A stretch of 64,000 nucleotides of DNA. Source: Candidatus Latescibacterota bacterium. Lineage in GTDB: Bacteria > Latescibacterota > UBA2968. Made by a program: the position numbers and the translations under genes. The notes under the pieces are model-generated. The model was not told where the DNA came from and did no database searches. It saw nothing but the letters and a program-made list of their open reading frames with translations. The DNA lies in assembly GCA_965198115.1 (NCBI GenBank), contig OZ240241.1:3106935-3170934 (forward strand), written 5' to 3'. Of this stretch, positions 44,969 to 55,138 are shown piece after piece (position 1 is the first letter of the stretch; every line of letters begins with the position of its first letter).

Positions 44969-46342
44969 GAGCTCAGGTCAATAGGTGTGTAAAAGAAATC
45001 AGGCGGCCATCTTCCCGGCTTCGACCTGCGGTCCGGTTGAGTGTTTCTGATCGTAGACTTGTTGTAGCAAGTGTGGCGCGGTGAGTTTCCTGAATCGGCT
45101 CTCTGCGACCTTGAGCGTACGCCAGATGAGAGTCGTGGCGTTCCTGACTTTCTTGAATCGCCTGGCGGCGTTTGTGCGAAGCCGAACGGAAGCAAAGGGG
45201 CTCTCGACGACGTTCGTGGTTCTCAGGTGTTTCCAGTGTTCCTTCGGGAAGTCGTAGAACGTGACCATCCGATCCCAGTCTCTTTCGAGCGTCTCCACGG
45301 CGGCAGGGAACTGTGAGCGATACCGTGCGGCAAAGCGTTTCCGGAGCTTCTCGGCCTCCTTTTTCGTGCCGGCATAGGGGATCTGGACGAGCAGTGCGCG
45401 GGCTTCAGCCTGTGCACGCTTGGCGACCTTGTCGAGCACGTTGAGGATCTTGTGGTTCCAGCACCGTTGTTGCCGGCTCTCTGGCCAGACCTGATCAACG
45501 GCCGCCCAGATGCCCATATTCCCGTCCGCGGCGATCAGGACAGGATGTTCGAGCCCGCGATCCCGGAGATCCCGGAGCACCGTGAGCCAGGATTCTGTAG
45601 ACTCTCGATAACCGGGTTCTATCGCCAGGATCTCCTTGCTGCCGTCGCTCATCGCGCCGATCACGACCAGCAGACACGCCTTCTCGCGCTCGAGCCCGGC
45701 TTTGACGTAGATGCCATCAGCCCAGGCGTAGACCAGTTCGCGATTATCCAGACGCCTTTCTTTCCAGTCCTGGAAGTCGACCTCCCACTTCCCTCGAAGA
45801 CGAGCGATCGAGGTCGGCGAAAGCGGCGCGCCATCACCGAGCAGCGCACGCAAAGACAACTCGAAGTCGCCCTGGGAGAGACCGTGGAGATAAAGGTCGG
45901 GAAGCAGATCTCCAATGGCCCTGGTTCTCCGGGCGAACAGGGGGAGGATGCGGCTTTCAAACCGCTCTTCCAGACCACGAACCCGGGGACGCCGGACCTT
46001 GATCGTTCCGCAGCTCGTCGAGAGACGCCGGGGCTTGCCGTAGCCGTTCCTGTAGCCCGTGGAGCTATCGACCTCGGCTCGGCGCTCATACCACGACCGG
46101 CCCAAGAACGCGGTCGCCTCCTCCTCCAGAATGGACTGGAACCGGCTCTGGATCTCTTCACGGATCCAATCGTCAACCGTCTCCCACGTCGGCATGGACT
46201 TCAATGGGGTTCTATGCGTATGTTCCTTCACGGCGATCCTCCTTCCCAACCGGGCCTCTCACCCGGTTTTGTGTGAATCAACTATCTCACGGGAAGGGTA
46301 GGGTCGCCCTTTCTCTTTTTCCACACCTTTTGATTATAGCTC
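44969..46342 (-). mobile_element. IS256-family element, copy 3 (1374 bp, inverted orientation)
   Basis: Same ends as copies 1 and 2. Perfect 8-bp TSD CTGCCCCC at 44961-44968 and 46343-46350. Confidence 0.9.
44999..46249 (-). CDS. IS256-family transposase
   Basis: 416 aa, differing from copies 1 and 2 at two residues (A14T, G34S). Confidence 0.9.
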   Translation of the reverse strand: MGRRIAVKEHTHRTPLKSMPTWETVDDWIREEIQSRFQSILEEEATAFLGRSWYERRAEVDSSTGYRNGYGKPRRLSTSCGTIKVRRPRVRGLEERFESRILPLFARRTRAIGDLLPDLYLHGLSQGDFELSLRALLGDGAPLSPTSIARLRGKWEVDFQDWKERRLDNRELVYAWADGIYVKAGLEREKACLLVVIGAMSDGSKEILAIEPGYRESTESWLTVLRDLRDRGLEHPVLIAADGNMGIWAAVDQVWPESRQQRCWNHKILNVLDKVAKRAQAEARALLVQIPYAGTKKEAEKLRKRFAARYRSQFPAAVETLERDWDRMVTFYDFPKEHWKHLRTTNVVESPFASVRLRTNAARRFKKVRNATTLIWRTLKVAESRFRKLTAPHLLQQVYDQKHSTGPQVEAGKMAA

Positions 46343-46699
46343 CTGCCCCCTTCTCCAAGACACATTCGTGGCTACTTTTTCTCGGAGTTTCCTCGATTGA
46401 AGGATGTTGAATGGAAGCGGCGTCCATCTTCTGACGCTGTCGCTCTAGCGTTGGAGAAATCGGGATTCAGAGAAATAGCAGCGCGTTCGCTGTGGGAAGT
46501 TCGGAGAGAGTATGATGACTTCAGTTCGTTGGCGGACGATCTTACCGCAAGATCGGGGCGATCGATCTTGCACGAACTAGACGACTCGGAGTTACACAGA
46601 CTGATCAGCCGCATTCGGAGGGACTGTGAGGCTCAGGTGCGCTTTGTGGACAAGGACAGATGGACGGTGTGGATTGCGCGAAAGCCACTAGGTAGCTGA
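46343..46699 (+). pseudogene. Class I SAM-dependent methyltransferase, 3' part
   Basis: With the IS removed the frame reads ...MEDVLLPP-SPRHIRGYFFSEFPRLKDVEWKRRP..., in phase with 44532..44968. Confidence 0.7.
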
Positions 46700-46734
46700 A
46701 CCGCGCCTACATCTGCTGAACCGCGCCTACATCT
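46695..46734. repeat. Perfect 20-bp tandem duplication
   Basis: GCTGAACCGCGCCTACATCT occurs twice back to back, spanning the methyltransferase stop, about 25 bp from the next IS end. Confidence 0.9.
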
Positions 46735-46758
46735 ATGGAGACAAGAAAAGGCGGTGTT

Positions 46759-48133
46759 GTGCCTATCGTAGTTGAAACTTAGAGGGCTCCAAACTTACGT
46801 TGGGTAGACGTGTAGGAGCGTATACCCGTAAGAAAGGAGCCCAGATGGAGAAGCTATTTGTAGGCGATGGTGAAGTCAAGGTTGAGGGCGATGTCATCGA
46901 TTTGGAGACGCGTTTGTCGGTGATCCAGGCGTTGATCCCGTTGGGTCTGGAGGCAGTGGCAGACCTCCTCCAGCAGGAGGTCGAGCAGCTCGCAGGCGTT
47001 CGGTATGCGCGCAAAGGTTCGGAGCAGGCGCATCGTCGGTGGGGAAGCCAGAAGGGATCCGTGTATCTGATGGCCAGAAGCTCCCGTTAGACGTTCCCCG
47101 GGTGCGCGACGTCGAGGCCGACGCAGAGGTTTCCCTGGCTGCATACCGGGCTCTACAGACGCCCAAGAAGACGGACGAGGGGCTGTTGCTTCGTGTTCTC
47201 AAGGGGATCTCGTGCCGCAACTACAAGGCCTGTGCCGAATCGGTTCCAGAAGCGTTTGGTATCTCAGCGTCCTCCGTCTCGCGGCGGTTCATCAAAGCCA
47301 CCGCGAAGAAGCGGAAGCAGTTCCAGGAGCGTCCCCTCGACGACTACGGCTTCGTGACCCTGTTCATTGACGGAAAGAGCTTTGCCGACGAAGAGATCGT
47401 GATCGCTCCGGGGGTCACGATGGACGGCCAGAAGATCCCCCTGGGCTTCGTCGAATCGGCGACGGAGAACGAACGGATCTGCCGCCAGCTGATCCAGGAC
47501 CTCATCCGGAGAGGCCTGTGCTACGACCAGGGCCTTCTCGTTGTGCTTGACGGCTCAAAGGGACTCCGCAGTGCTGTCACCAAAGCCCTCAAAGGGTATG
47601 TGCGCGTGCATCGCTGTCAGTGGCACAAGCGCGAGAATGTCGTCAGCTATCTCCCGGAGAGGGAACGTCCAAGAGTTCGACGGAAGCTCCAGAAAGCCTA
47701 TGACTGCGACACCTACGAGGAGGCAAAGGCCGCACTCGAATCACTTAAACCCGAACTGAAGCTGATGAATCAGTCTGCCGTAACGAGCCTCGAGGAAGGC
47801 CTGGAGGAAACCCTGACCCTCCACCGGCTGGGTATGCTCCCATTCCTGAAACGAAGCTTCCGAACCACCAACTGCATCGAAGCCCTCAACAGCAGGACCG
47901 GCGAGCTCACTCGGAAGGTCAGACGCTGGAACAACTCTCCCCAGAGACACAGATGGGTGGCTGCCGCACTCCTCGACATCGAACCTCGCCTGCGACGCGT
48001 GAGCGGATACAAACATCTTCCCCTACTCAGGCAAGCACTGAACAAAGATCTGAATCTCGACAACGAACAGAATGCTCAAAAGAGAGCCTGACCAAACTAC
48101 GGGGCCCGATGAGTTTTCAACTGACTATGGGAC
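46759..48133 (+). mobile_element. Third IS256/mutator-type element; ends approximate
   Basis: Imperfect IRs GTGCCTATCGTAGTTGAAACTTAGAGGGCTCC (left) and GTCCCATAGTCAGTTGAAAACTCATCGGGCCCC (right, reverse complement). I could not identify a TSD. Confidence 0.6.
46845..48091 (+). pseudogene. Mutator-type transposase split by a -1 frameshift near 47065
   Basis: ATG at 46845 after AGGAG. Frame 1 ends ...GSQKGSVYL, and frame 2 continues DGQKLPLDVPRVRD...HRCQWHKRENV... to 48091. Confidence 0.65.
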
Positions 48134-48628
48134 TTGACCCAGAAAAGCACCTCGACGCCCCTTGATCTTGTGACACCAGCATCAGGATTGGTGCCTTCTG
48201 TTGCTCAGCCGGTAGCTTCACCAACTCCCGGAGTTTCCGCTCGTCACCGTCTCAATTCTGGCTCCCCGGTCGACGTCTCGCAGCCCACCACCCACAGCCG
48301 ACCATCTACCTCAATAGAAGTGAAGCCGTCTCTGTCTTCTGTCCTCCGGTTTCGTGTACCGTCTACCGCCTCTCCCCCAGCTCCCAGCCCCTGTCTTGCC
48401 TATCCCAACAGCCATCCCGCCTCCACCATCTCACCGTTCAGGTAATGCCCCCGCTCAGCCACACCCACCAGAGCCCGTCCCCTATAGAAGACGTCCGCAA
48501 TATATCGTCCGTAGGAGTTGCGGCAACGTGGCTCCGTTCGTAGGCTTAAGTCGCACTCCGCGACCCACAGGGACACACCTCTCCCGGTCGCTTGCAAGGC
48601 GCCAGAAGAAATCGATACGGAAGTCTCT

Positions 48629-50293
48629 ATGAAGCTGACGGGTTCACATTTAATCGCTCGCGCCTTGAGGGCGGAAGGCGTGGAGAAGGTCTTTGCCCTG
48701 GCCGGCGACCACACCCTGCACCTGATGGATGTGATGGCGGATGAGGGATTCCAGTTCATTGACAGTCGACACGAGCAGGGCGCGGTGGACATGGGGACTG
48801 CCTGGGGAAAAATCACGGGCTCTCCCGGGGTCTGTATGTTCACTTCGCCGGGGCTCGCCAACGCCATTCCCGGATTGGCCTTTGCCCAGCATATGGAATC
48901 ACCCGTCGTGAACATTCTCGGCAGTGCGGCCCAGGACAGATTGGGCCAGGGTGTTTCCGCGCAGGAGCTCGACCAGATCGGCATGGCGAAACCCGTAACG
49001 AAAGGCGCGCGGTTTATATCGGACCCCTACCGCATCCCGGAGATCTTCGCACGGGCTTTCAGCACGGCTCTCGCGGGCAGACGGGGCCCCGTTCACTTGA
49101 CGATCCCGGTTGACGTTCAGGCCGCTGAGTTGGAAGAGGCCAGAGTGCATTCTCCTTCACCTGGCTCTTACCACGGGGGTCAGGCGTTGGGCGATCCAAG
49201 GCTTGTCAGAGAGGCGCTCGAACTTCTCCACTCTGCGCGTTGTCCGATGATTGTGGCTGGGAACGGCGCTTACTCCGTGGATCGAGAAGATTTGGAGCGA
49301 CTCCTGGACGTGACTCAACTGCCCCTATTCACGGAAGAAGCAGCCCGTGGCATCGTTCCCGATAAGCACCCGTGCTGTTTTGGAATCGCGGACGGACGGG
49401 TCAGCCTTGTCGCACGACATTTGAATGCAGCAGATGTGGTTCTATTTCTGGGCAAGAAACTCGACTTCACCCTGTCCTTTGGTGGACCTCCTTCCCTTGC
49501 CCCAGATGTGCGGATCATCCAGGTCGAGCCTTCGTCCGAGTGGATCGGCCTCTCACGCGGCGTGGATGTCGCCATCGTGGGGGATGTCGGCGCGGTCGTG
49601 AAACAGATGGCCCAGGAGGCAGAGGCGATTCGATGGAGTGCACCACCCGTGCGTGAAGAGCTGGAGGCTCTGGCGAAAGCACAAGTGGAAAGCCTGGAAA
49701 GCAAGGCCGAAACGGTGCCTTTGCACGCGATGTCTGTCCACAAAGCCTTGTGCCCACTCCTGAACGATGATGCGTGTGTCATTTTCGAAGGAAGCGACTT
49801 CTCCTTCTATGGAATACCCTACTACCCCAGCCATAAACCGAACCGTTGGCTTACGAACGGAACGCTGGGGATGATCGGATGGGGCGTTTCTTGTGGGGTT
49901 GGCGCCCAAGTCGCGCTGCCAAACTCGAAGGTCGTCGTTCTTACGGGTGATGGCGCTTTCGGATTCAACGGGATGGAACTCGACACGGCAGTGAGACACA
50001 ATCTGCCCGTGGTGGTCGTGGTCGGGAATGACAGCGTCTGGGGGATCGACTATCACCAGCAGCAACAGATCTTCGGGAAGACGATTGCGACCGAACTGCT
50101 GCCCACACGGTATGACAAGTTGGCCGAAGCGTTGGGCGCACACGGAGAATATGTGGAGGAGGCAGGAGAATTGCCCGGCGCACTGGAACGCGCCTTGAAT
50201 TCGGGCAGGCCGTCGCTGGTAAACGTCCGGATTCAGCCCTCTCCAAGTCCCCTGACGGAATACGTCATCGAGCAGAAGAGTGCTTTCGATTAG
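48629..50293 (+). CDS. Thiamine-pyrophosphate-dependent enzyme (acetolactate-synthase-like family)
   Basis: The ATG at 48629 gives MKLTGSHLIARALRAEGVEKVFALAGDH.... TPP-binding motif GDGAFGFNGMELDTAVRHNLPVVVVVGND. Confidence 0.8.
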   Translation: MKLTGSHLIARALRAEGVEKVFALAGDHTLHLMDVMADEGFQFIDSRHEQGAVDMGTAWGKITGSPGVCMFTSPGLANAIPGLAFAQHMESPVVNILGSAAQDRLGQGVSAQELDQIGMAKPVTKGARFISDPYRIPEIFARAFSTALAGRRGPVHLTIPVDVQAAELEEARVHSPSPGSYHGGQALGDPRLVREALELLHSARCPMIVAGNGAYSVDREDLERLLDVTQLPLFTEEAARGIVPDKHPCCFGIADGRVSLVARHLNAADVVLFLGKKLDFTLSFGGPPSLAPDVRIIQVEPSSEWIGLSRGVDVAIVGDVGAVVKQMAQEAEAIRWSAPPVREELEALAKAQVESLESKAETVPLHAMSVHKALCPLLNDDACVIFEGSDFSFYGIPYYPSHKPNRWLTNGTLGMIGWGVSCGVGAQVALPNSKVVVLTGDGAFGFNGMELDTAVRHNLPVVVVVGNDSVWGIDYHQQQQIFGKTIATELLPTRYDKLAEALGAHGEYVEEAGELPGALERALNSGRPSLVNVRIQPSPSPLTEYVIEQKSAFD

Positions 50294-50400
50294 GGAAGAC
50301 GGATCCTAGTCACGAATTAGTCAGGAGCCTAACAAGATTCGAGAAAAGCTGGGTGATCATTCCGACCCACCTTCGCACGGTTCAGCGCTTTTTCGACATT

Positions 50401-51058
50401 TCAGTTGTTTTCACGAGTCGAACCTCGGACTCGCCAGCTCAAAGCGGCAACTTGCCCCTGTCGTGCGTAGTCCACGGCCTCACCCAGAATCCTCGCCGCT
50501 TCCTGCGGTGCGTGAAACCCCATCGAATTTTCAGCAGCGATGAAGTCCAGACGCCACTGAGCCTTACGTTGAAGGTCCAGGGCTCTCTGCAGGTCCCGAT
50601 CTACCGCTCCTTCATCCCTTGCGTGATTGATCGCGTCGAGCTGATCCATCAACGCTGCTCCAGCTCGCTGCAGAAGATCGAAATTTCGTTGCTGAATGCC
50701 GTCGACCCGTTTAAGGATTTCTTCTTCAGGAAAATGGTGGCAGACCTGACAAGCACGATTCACGTTCAGCAACGGACTTCTTACCCAATGATCCGACACC
50801 TTCGTCGCACCGTCACGCATATACGGCATGTGACAGTCGGCACACGCCACGCCGCTTCGTGCGTGGATTCCCTGACTCCATAGCTCGAATTCCGGATGTT
50901 GCGCCTTAAGGATCTTGGCTCCCGTTTCCCCGTGCGTATAGTCGAAAAATCGGGTCCCGTCAGGAAACTTCGTCTCGTCCCAAAACTTCTCCGCATCCTC
51001 CATCTTCAGCCCGTTTCCCCAGGGAAACGTCAGCGGCATGTTCGATGCGCAATAATAC
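50401..51058 (-). pseudogene. nrfA: Pentaheme cytochrome c nitrite reductase NrfA, C-terminal part (hemes 4-5)
   Basis: [18 protein letters not shown]..., CADCH and CQVCH. Continues in frame from 52480..53272 once the ISL3 element is removed. Confidence 0.8.
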
Positions 51059-52479
51059 GGCTCTATCCGGGTTTCTCAACGGTGAAACTATAGAATGACA
51101 AGGTCATAGATCGTTCCCTACGCTTGGTTGTGTGTGTAGGACAATCAAAGCGAAGGGGGTGCGACCTATGACCGGGAGCAGATTACTATCGAAACTGCTG
51201 AGATTCAAGGGGTTCCGTGTTGTCAGCTGGTGGTTTGAGGGGAGAAGCTGTTTCGTCATCGCCGTAAAGCCACATAAGAATGGTTGTTGTTGTCCGGAGT
51301 ACGGCCGTCGAGGTAAAATCGTCCGCACAATGCCCCATCCGCGTCGGTGGCGTGACATTCCGGTGTGCGGGTGGAGGGTCTGGCTTCTCTACCATCCTCG
51401 GGAGATTCGGTGTCCTACCCACGGTCGTGTGGTCGAGGAGATTCCGTGGGCGGAGCGGTTCTCTCGGGTGACGTATCGCTTCGAGTATGCCATGCTGCGC
51501 TACTGCCAGACCATGACGCAGAAGGCGGCGTCCGAGTTACTGCGCATCTCTGCCTCGACGCTGTCGGATCTCCTTCACCGATCCATCACGCGGCTTCGTG
51601 AAGGTCATCGTATCCGAGGGCTCAAAACCATCGGGATCGACGAGATCTCCTACGCCAAGCGTCACAGGTACGCCACGCTCGTTTACGATCTGGACCGCTC
51701 CTGCGTGGGTGTGGGTTGGCCGCGGCAGGGCGCGTAAAACGATCGATCGGTTCTTCACAGAGGCTCTCAGTCCCTACCAGAGATCCAAGATCGAGTGGGC
51801 CTGCTGCGACATGAGCGAAGCTTACATCGGAGCCATCCAGGAACACTGTCCGAATGCCAAGCTGGTCCTCGATCGCTTTCACATCGTCAAGGCTCTCAAT
51901 GCCGCCGTTGACGAGGTCCGTAAGGACCAGTGGCGTAAAGCTGCCCCGGATGAGCGCAAAGCCATGAAGGGCCTCCGATGGCTCCTCTACCGGCACTCAG
52001 CGACACGCTCCAGAGGGGATACTCGGACACTCAAAGCACTGGAGAAGGCGAACTACCGAATCTATAGAGCCTGGAGACTCAAGGACGAGTTCGAGCAGTT
52101 CTGGGAATACAAAGCGCCCTGGGCTGCCGAACGCTTCCTGAAATGCTGGACGACGTCCGCACTCAGAAGTCGACTTGAACCCCTGCGAAAGTTCGTCAGG
52201 ACCCTGCGACAGCACTTCTTCGGCGTCCTCGCATTCGTGAACACGCGTCTTACCAACGCCATCGCCGAAGGCCTCAACCGAATCGTCCAAATCGTCAAGA
52301 ACCGAGCCAGCGGATTCCGCACACTCGACGCATTCAACGATATGATCTTCCTTACCGTCGGAGACATAAACATCCCTGAGCAGATTCCGAAGAGGTTCCG
52401 CACACTCTAACCGCGCCCCCATGCCAGGAACCACGGCACCTTCACCCACTTCATCTCGTTGAGAGATCCGGATATAGCC
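51059..52479 (+). mobile_element. ISL3-family element, copy C (1421 bp) inside nrfA
   Basis: Same IRs as the other copies. TSD AATAATAC at 51051-51058 and 52480-52487. Confidence 0.9.
51132..52410 (+). pseudogene. ISL3-family transposase with a +1 frameshift
   Basis: An extra G in the run at 51707-51709 (CTGCGTGGGTGTGGG versus CTGCGTGGTGTGGG in the other copies) splits the ORF into 51132..51737 and 51598..52410. Confidence 0.85.
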
Positions 52480-53272
52480 AATAATACTCGACGTGACATT
52501 GCCCGCAGACGTACGACCTCATCTCCGTGCGGGAAGCATCCGCGTTCGGATCGTAGGGCCGTGGTGGCTTGTCTTGCCTCCATCGCTCGATCGAGGGCAA
52601 GTGCGGAACCGGCTCGTCAGAACTTGCGAGCATCTGGATGCCATTGATGAAACCAGGACGCGTAACACGAAGCTTCATGTTTTCAGGCTCGTGGCAGTCT
52701 ACACACGAGACCGGATGACCGTGTCCCATTTCGTGTAGCATCCCGCTGAGCTCCTTATAGGAGTACGCGTACGTCTTCTCGAACCCCTTCATCGCATTCC
52801 CATCGCCCAGCTTTCTGTAGAGGGGCATGATCGCCGCATGACAGTGCAAACACGATCCTGATTGCGGTTTCGACTGCCTTTCTGTGTTCTCCTGATCCCG
52901 CAACATGTAAGCGTGACCCCGTCTATCGCGATAGTCGACCGAAAACGCGTATCCCAAGAACATCCGTTTCAACCAGGGATCCCTCTCGATTTTCTGCTCC
53001 GGGAGGGCCTCGCTGCCACCGTGTCCGCCGAACCGAGTACGCGTCGCCTCGGCAGTGCGTCTGTAAGTGTCATACTGTCGAGGCCAGTTCGCTGCCCACT
53101 TCTCCAGATCCGTATCGTCCTCTCCGACCTCGACAAGCCTGGTATAACGATTCCTGGCTTCGTCCTTTCGCTCGACGATGTTGGTCAGGAGCGCCAGGAC
53201 GAGTCCAGTGGCCGCTGCAACCACGACAATCAGAAGCCAAAATACAGGTTTGAATCGATTTACCCTTGGCAT
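52480..53272 (-). pseudogene. nrfA: NrfA, N-terminal part (membrane anchor/signal, hemes 1-3)
   Basis: CLHCH, CVDCH and CGQCHVEYY. The reading frame then enters the IS right end (WLYPDLSTR-stop). Confidence 0.8.
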
Positions 53273-53275
53273 CCA

Positions 53276-53782
53276 TCATCTCCTTGTGGCATCCGCAACA
53301 CCCATGGCGCCACCTAACCCGACTGCATCACCGTGTCCGACGGTTGCGTGGCAACGAAGGCATCGGAATTCGCGTTTCCGTGGAGTAATCTCGTGAACAA
53401 GATCCCCGTGGCACACGAGGCAGTTCTCCAGCAGGACCACACGATTCTTCCGGTTGATGACGATTGGTTCAGCAAAGTCCTGCAGCGTAAATCCTTTTGA
53501 ATGATTGTAGCCGTTTTCTGCTTTCGCAATGTACTTGGCCAGGAAATCCTGTGGCAGGTGGCAATCCACGCAGGTCGCAACAGTGTGGTGACTGGCTTTC
53601 TGCCACGATTCGAACTGTGGCTCCATGATGTGACAGTTCGTGCACGCCCGCGGGTTCTTGCTGAAGTAGGAGGCGCCTTCTCCGTAGTACATCGTGAAAA
53701 TCCCGGCGCCGGAGAGAACACCAACAGATATTGCAAGGATCGTTACGGAGGAATTCAGACCCATGGACATCAGGCGCCCCAT
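53276..53782 (-). CDS. nrfH: NrfH tetraheme cytochrome c quinol dehydrogenase (NapC/NirT family)
   Basis: N-terminal TM helix and four CxxCH motifs (CTNCH, CVDCH, CLVCH, CLRCH). The stop lies 3 nt before the nrfA start. Confidence 0.85.
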   Translation of the reverse strand: MGRLMSMGLNSSVTILAISVGVLSGAGIFTMYYGEGASYFSKNPRACTNCHIMEPQFESWQKASHHTVATCVDCHLPQDFLAKYIAKAENGYNHSKGFTLQDFAEPIVINRKNRVVLLENCLVCHGDLVHEITPRKREFRCLRCHATVGHGDAVGLGGAMGVADATRR

Positions 53783-53860
53783 CAGAGGTTGAGTCGAGCA
53801 AGAAGACGAACGCGGCCGTGCAATCCCGAGGGGAATCCGATGTCGCGGATTCCTGAACTA

Positions 53861-54982
53861 TCAATCGATGATGAAGAGCTGTTCTGTATCCATCACCGTC
53901 GTCAGGATTCTGGGTTCACCCTCGGTGACCACGAAAAGATCTTCCAGGTGGTAGAGAAAACCTCGCGAGTCCTTAACTGCCGGCTCCACACACAACACCA
54001 TACCCGGCTGCAGTTCCGATTCCTCGTTGGCGTGAAGAACGGGAAACTCGTGCATGCCGATGCCGAGCGAATGGCCGACGGCCTGGCTCGTGATCGACAG
54101 TCCCTTTTCTGCAAGCGCGCGTTTACACGTCAGGTAAACGTCACAGGCCCTGGTTCCCGGACGCGCCGTCGCGATCGTTTCGCGCTGCGCTTCCCGCAGA
54201 CGCCGGTAGACGGATGCCTGCTCATCGTCGATTCCACCGATCGCCGCTGTCCGAGCCAGGTCGGACTGGTAGCCCTCGAAGACACCGCCCACATCGACCC
54301 TCAGGATTTCCCCTTTTGTCAATGGTTTGGAACTGGGAAAGGGATGGTTGATGGCCGTGTTCTCCCCGACGGCCAGGGTGATCCAGAACGAAGTCGACCC
54401 TGCTTCTACGACCCTCCTGGACATGTCGTCGGCGACTTTCTTCTCCGTGTCTTCCGGCCGGGCCGCCTCGAAGGCATTCATCAGGGCTGTTTCTGTCGCC
54501 TGAGCGGATGAGGTCAGGATCTCGACTTCATCTGGCGTCTTGATCGCCCGGGCGGCATCAAACACGCGGTCTCCTCCGACCAGCGTTGCTTCGGGCATGG
54601 CTTCGGCCAACGCCTCCACGTAGCGAGCGGCCAGGAAGCTCTTCTCGATTCCAATTCGCGCCCCACCGAGTCCTCGTTGTCTCAGGTGTTCGGCCAGGGC
54701 ACCCATCGGAGTTTCCTGAAACTCCAGATACGTGTCGATATCGGTAATCCAGGAATCCTCACGCGTCTGAAGCTCCTCGCAGTAACAGACCACGGCCGAT
54801 GGCTCCCCATCCAGAGGCACCACAGCCATACACAGCCTCCCCGGCAGAATCGTCTGCGAAAGCAGGAACGTCTGCATCACGTAGGTGAAGTTCTCCTGCG
54901 ATACCCCGATCAGAACGTCAATCCCTTCCGCTTCCATCTCCCGCTTCAGAAGCGGCATGTTGACCCGCAAATGAGTTTCCAT
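53861..54982 (-). CDS. M24-family metallopeptidase (Xaa-Pro aminopeptidase/creatinase-like)
   Basis: The ATG at 54982 is preceded by GAAGAGGA. DVGGVFEGYQSD and GHSLGIGMHEFP...LCVEP are metal-ligand blocks. Confidence 0.8.
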   Translation of the reverse strand: METHLRVNMPLLKREMEAEGIDVLIGVSQENFTYVMQTFLLSQTILPGRLCMAVVPLDGEPSAVVCYCEELQTREDSWITDIDTYLEFQETPMGALAEHLRQRGLGGARIGIEKSFLAARYVEALAEAMPEATLVGGDRVFDAARAIKTPDEVEILTSSAQATETALMNAFEAARPEDTEKKVADDMSRRVVEAGSTSFWITLAVGENTAINHPFPSSKPLTKGEILRVDVGGVFEGYQSDLARTAAIGGIDDEQASVYRRLREAQRETIATARPGTRACDVYLTCKRALAEKGLSITSQAVGHSLGIGMHEFPVLHANEESELQPGMVLCVEPAVKDSRGFLYHLEDLFVVTEGEPRILTTVMDTEQLFIID

Positions 54983-55138
54983 CGGTCTATCCTCTTCGGA
55001 GGGCGATCGAAAAACGTGTTCCGCGTTCAACACAGTATCTGCACCTTGTGGCCTGAACTCAAGGACGGAGCTGAGCCCGAGAGGCGCTCCAGCCGGGTCT
55101 GTATTCCATTGAATCGGCCGATTCCGGAGGAAGGAAGG

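Noticed and set aside
48134-48628. Thermonuclease (SNase)-like remnant and other coding-like snippets on the minus strand (…SYGRYIADVFYRG…NGEMVEAGW…; …RELVKLPAEQQKAPILMLVSQDQ…)
   Set aside because: Only ~30-60 codons each, in three different frames, with a single weak D/S-x-YGR-like motif. These are probably pseudogene debris between the mutator-type IS and the TPP-enzyme gene, and are too weak to annotate. The 194-aa track ORF 48400..48984 is mostly antisense to the TPP gene.
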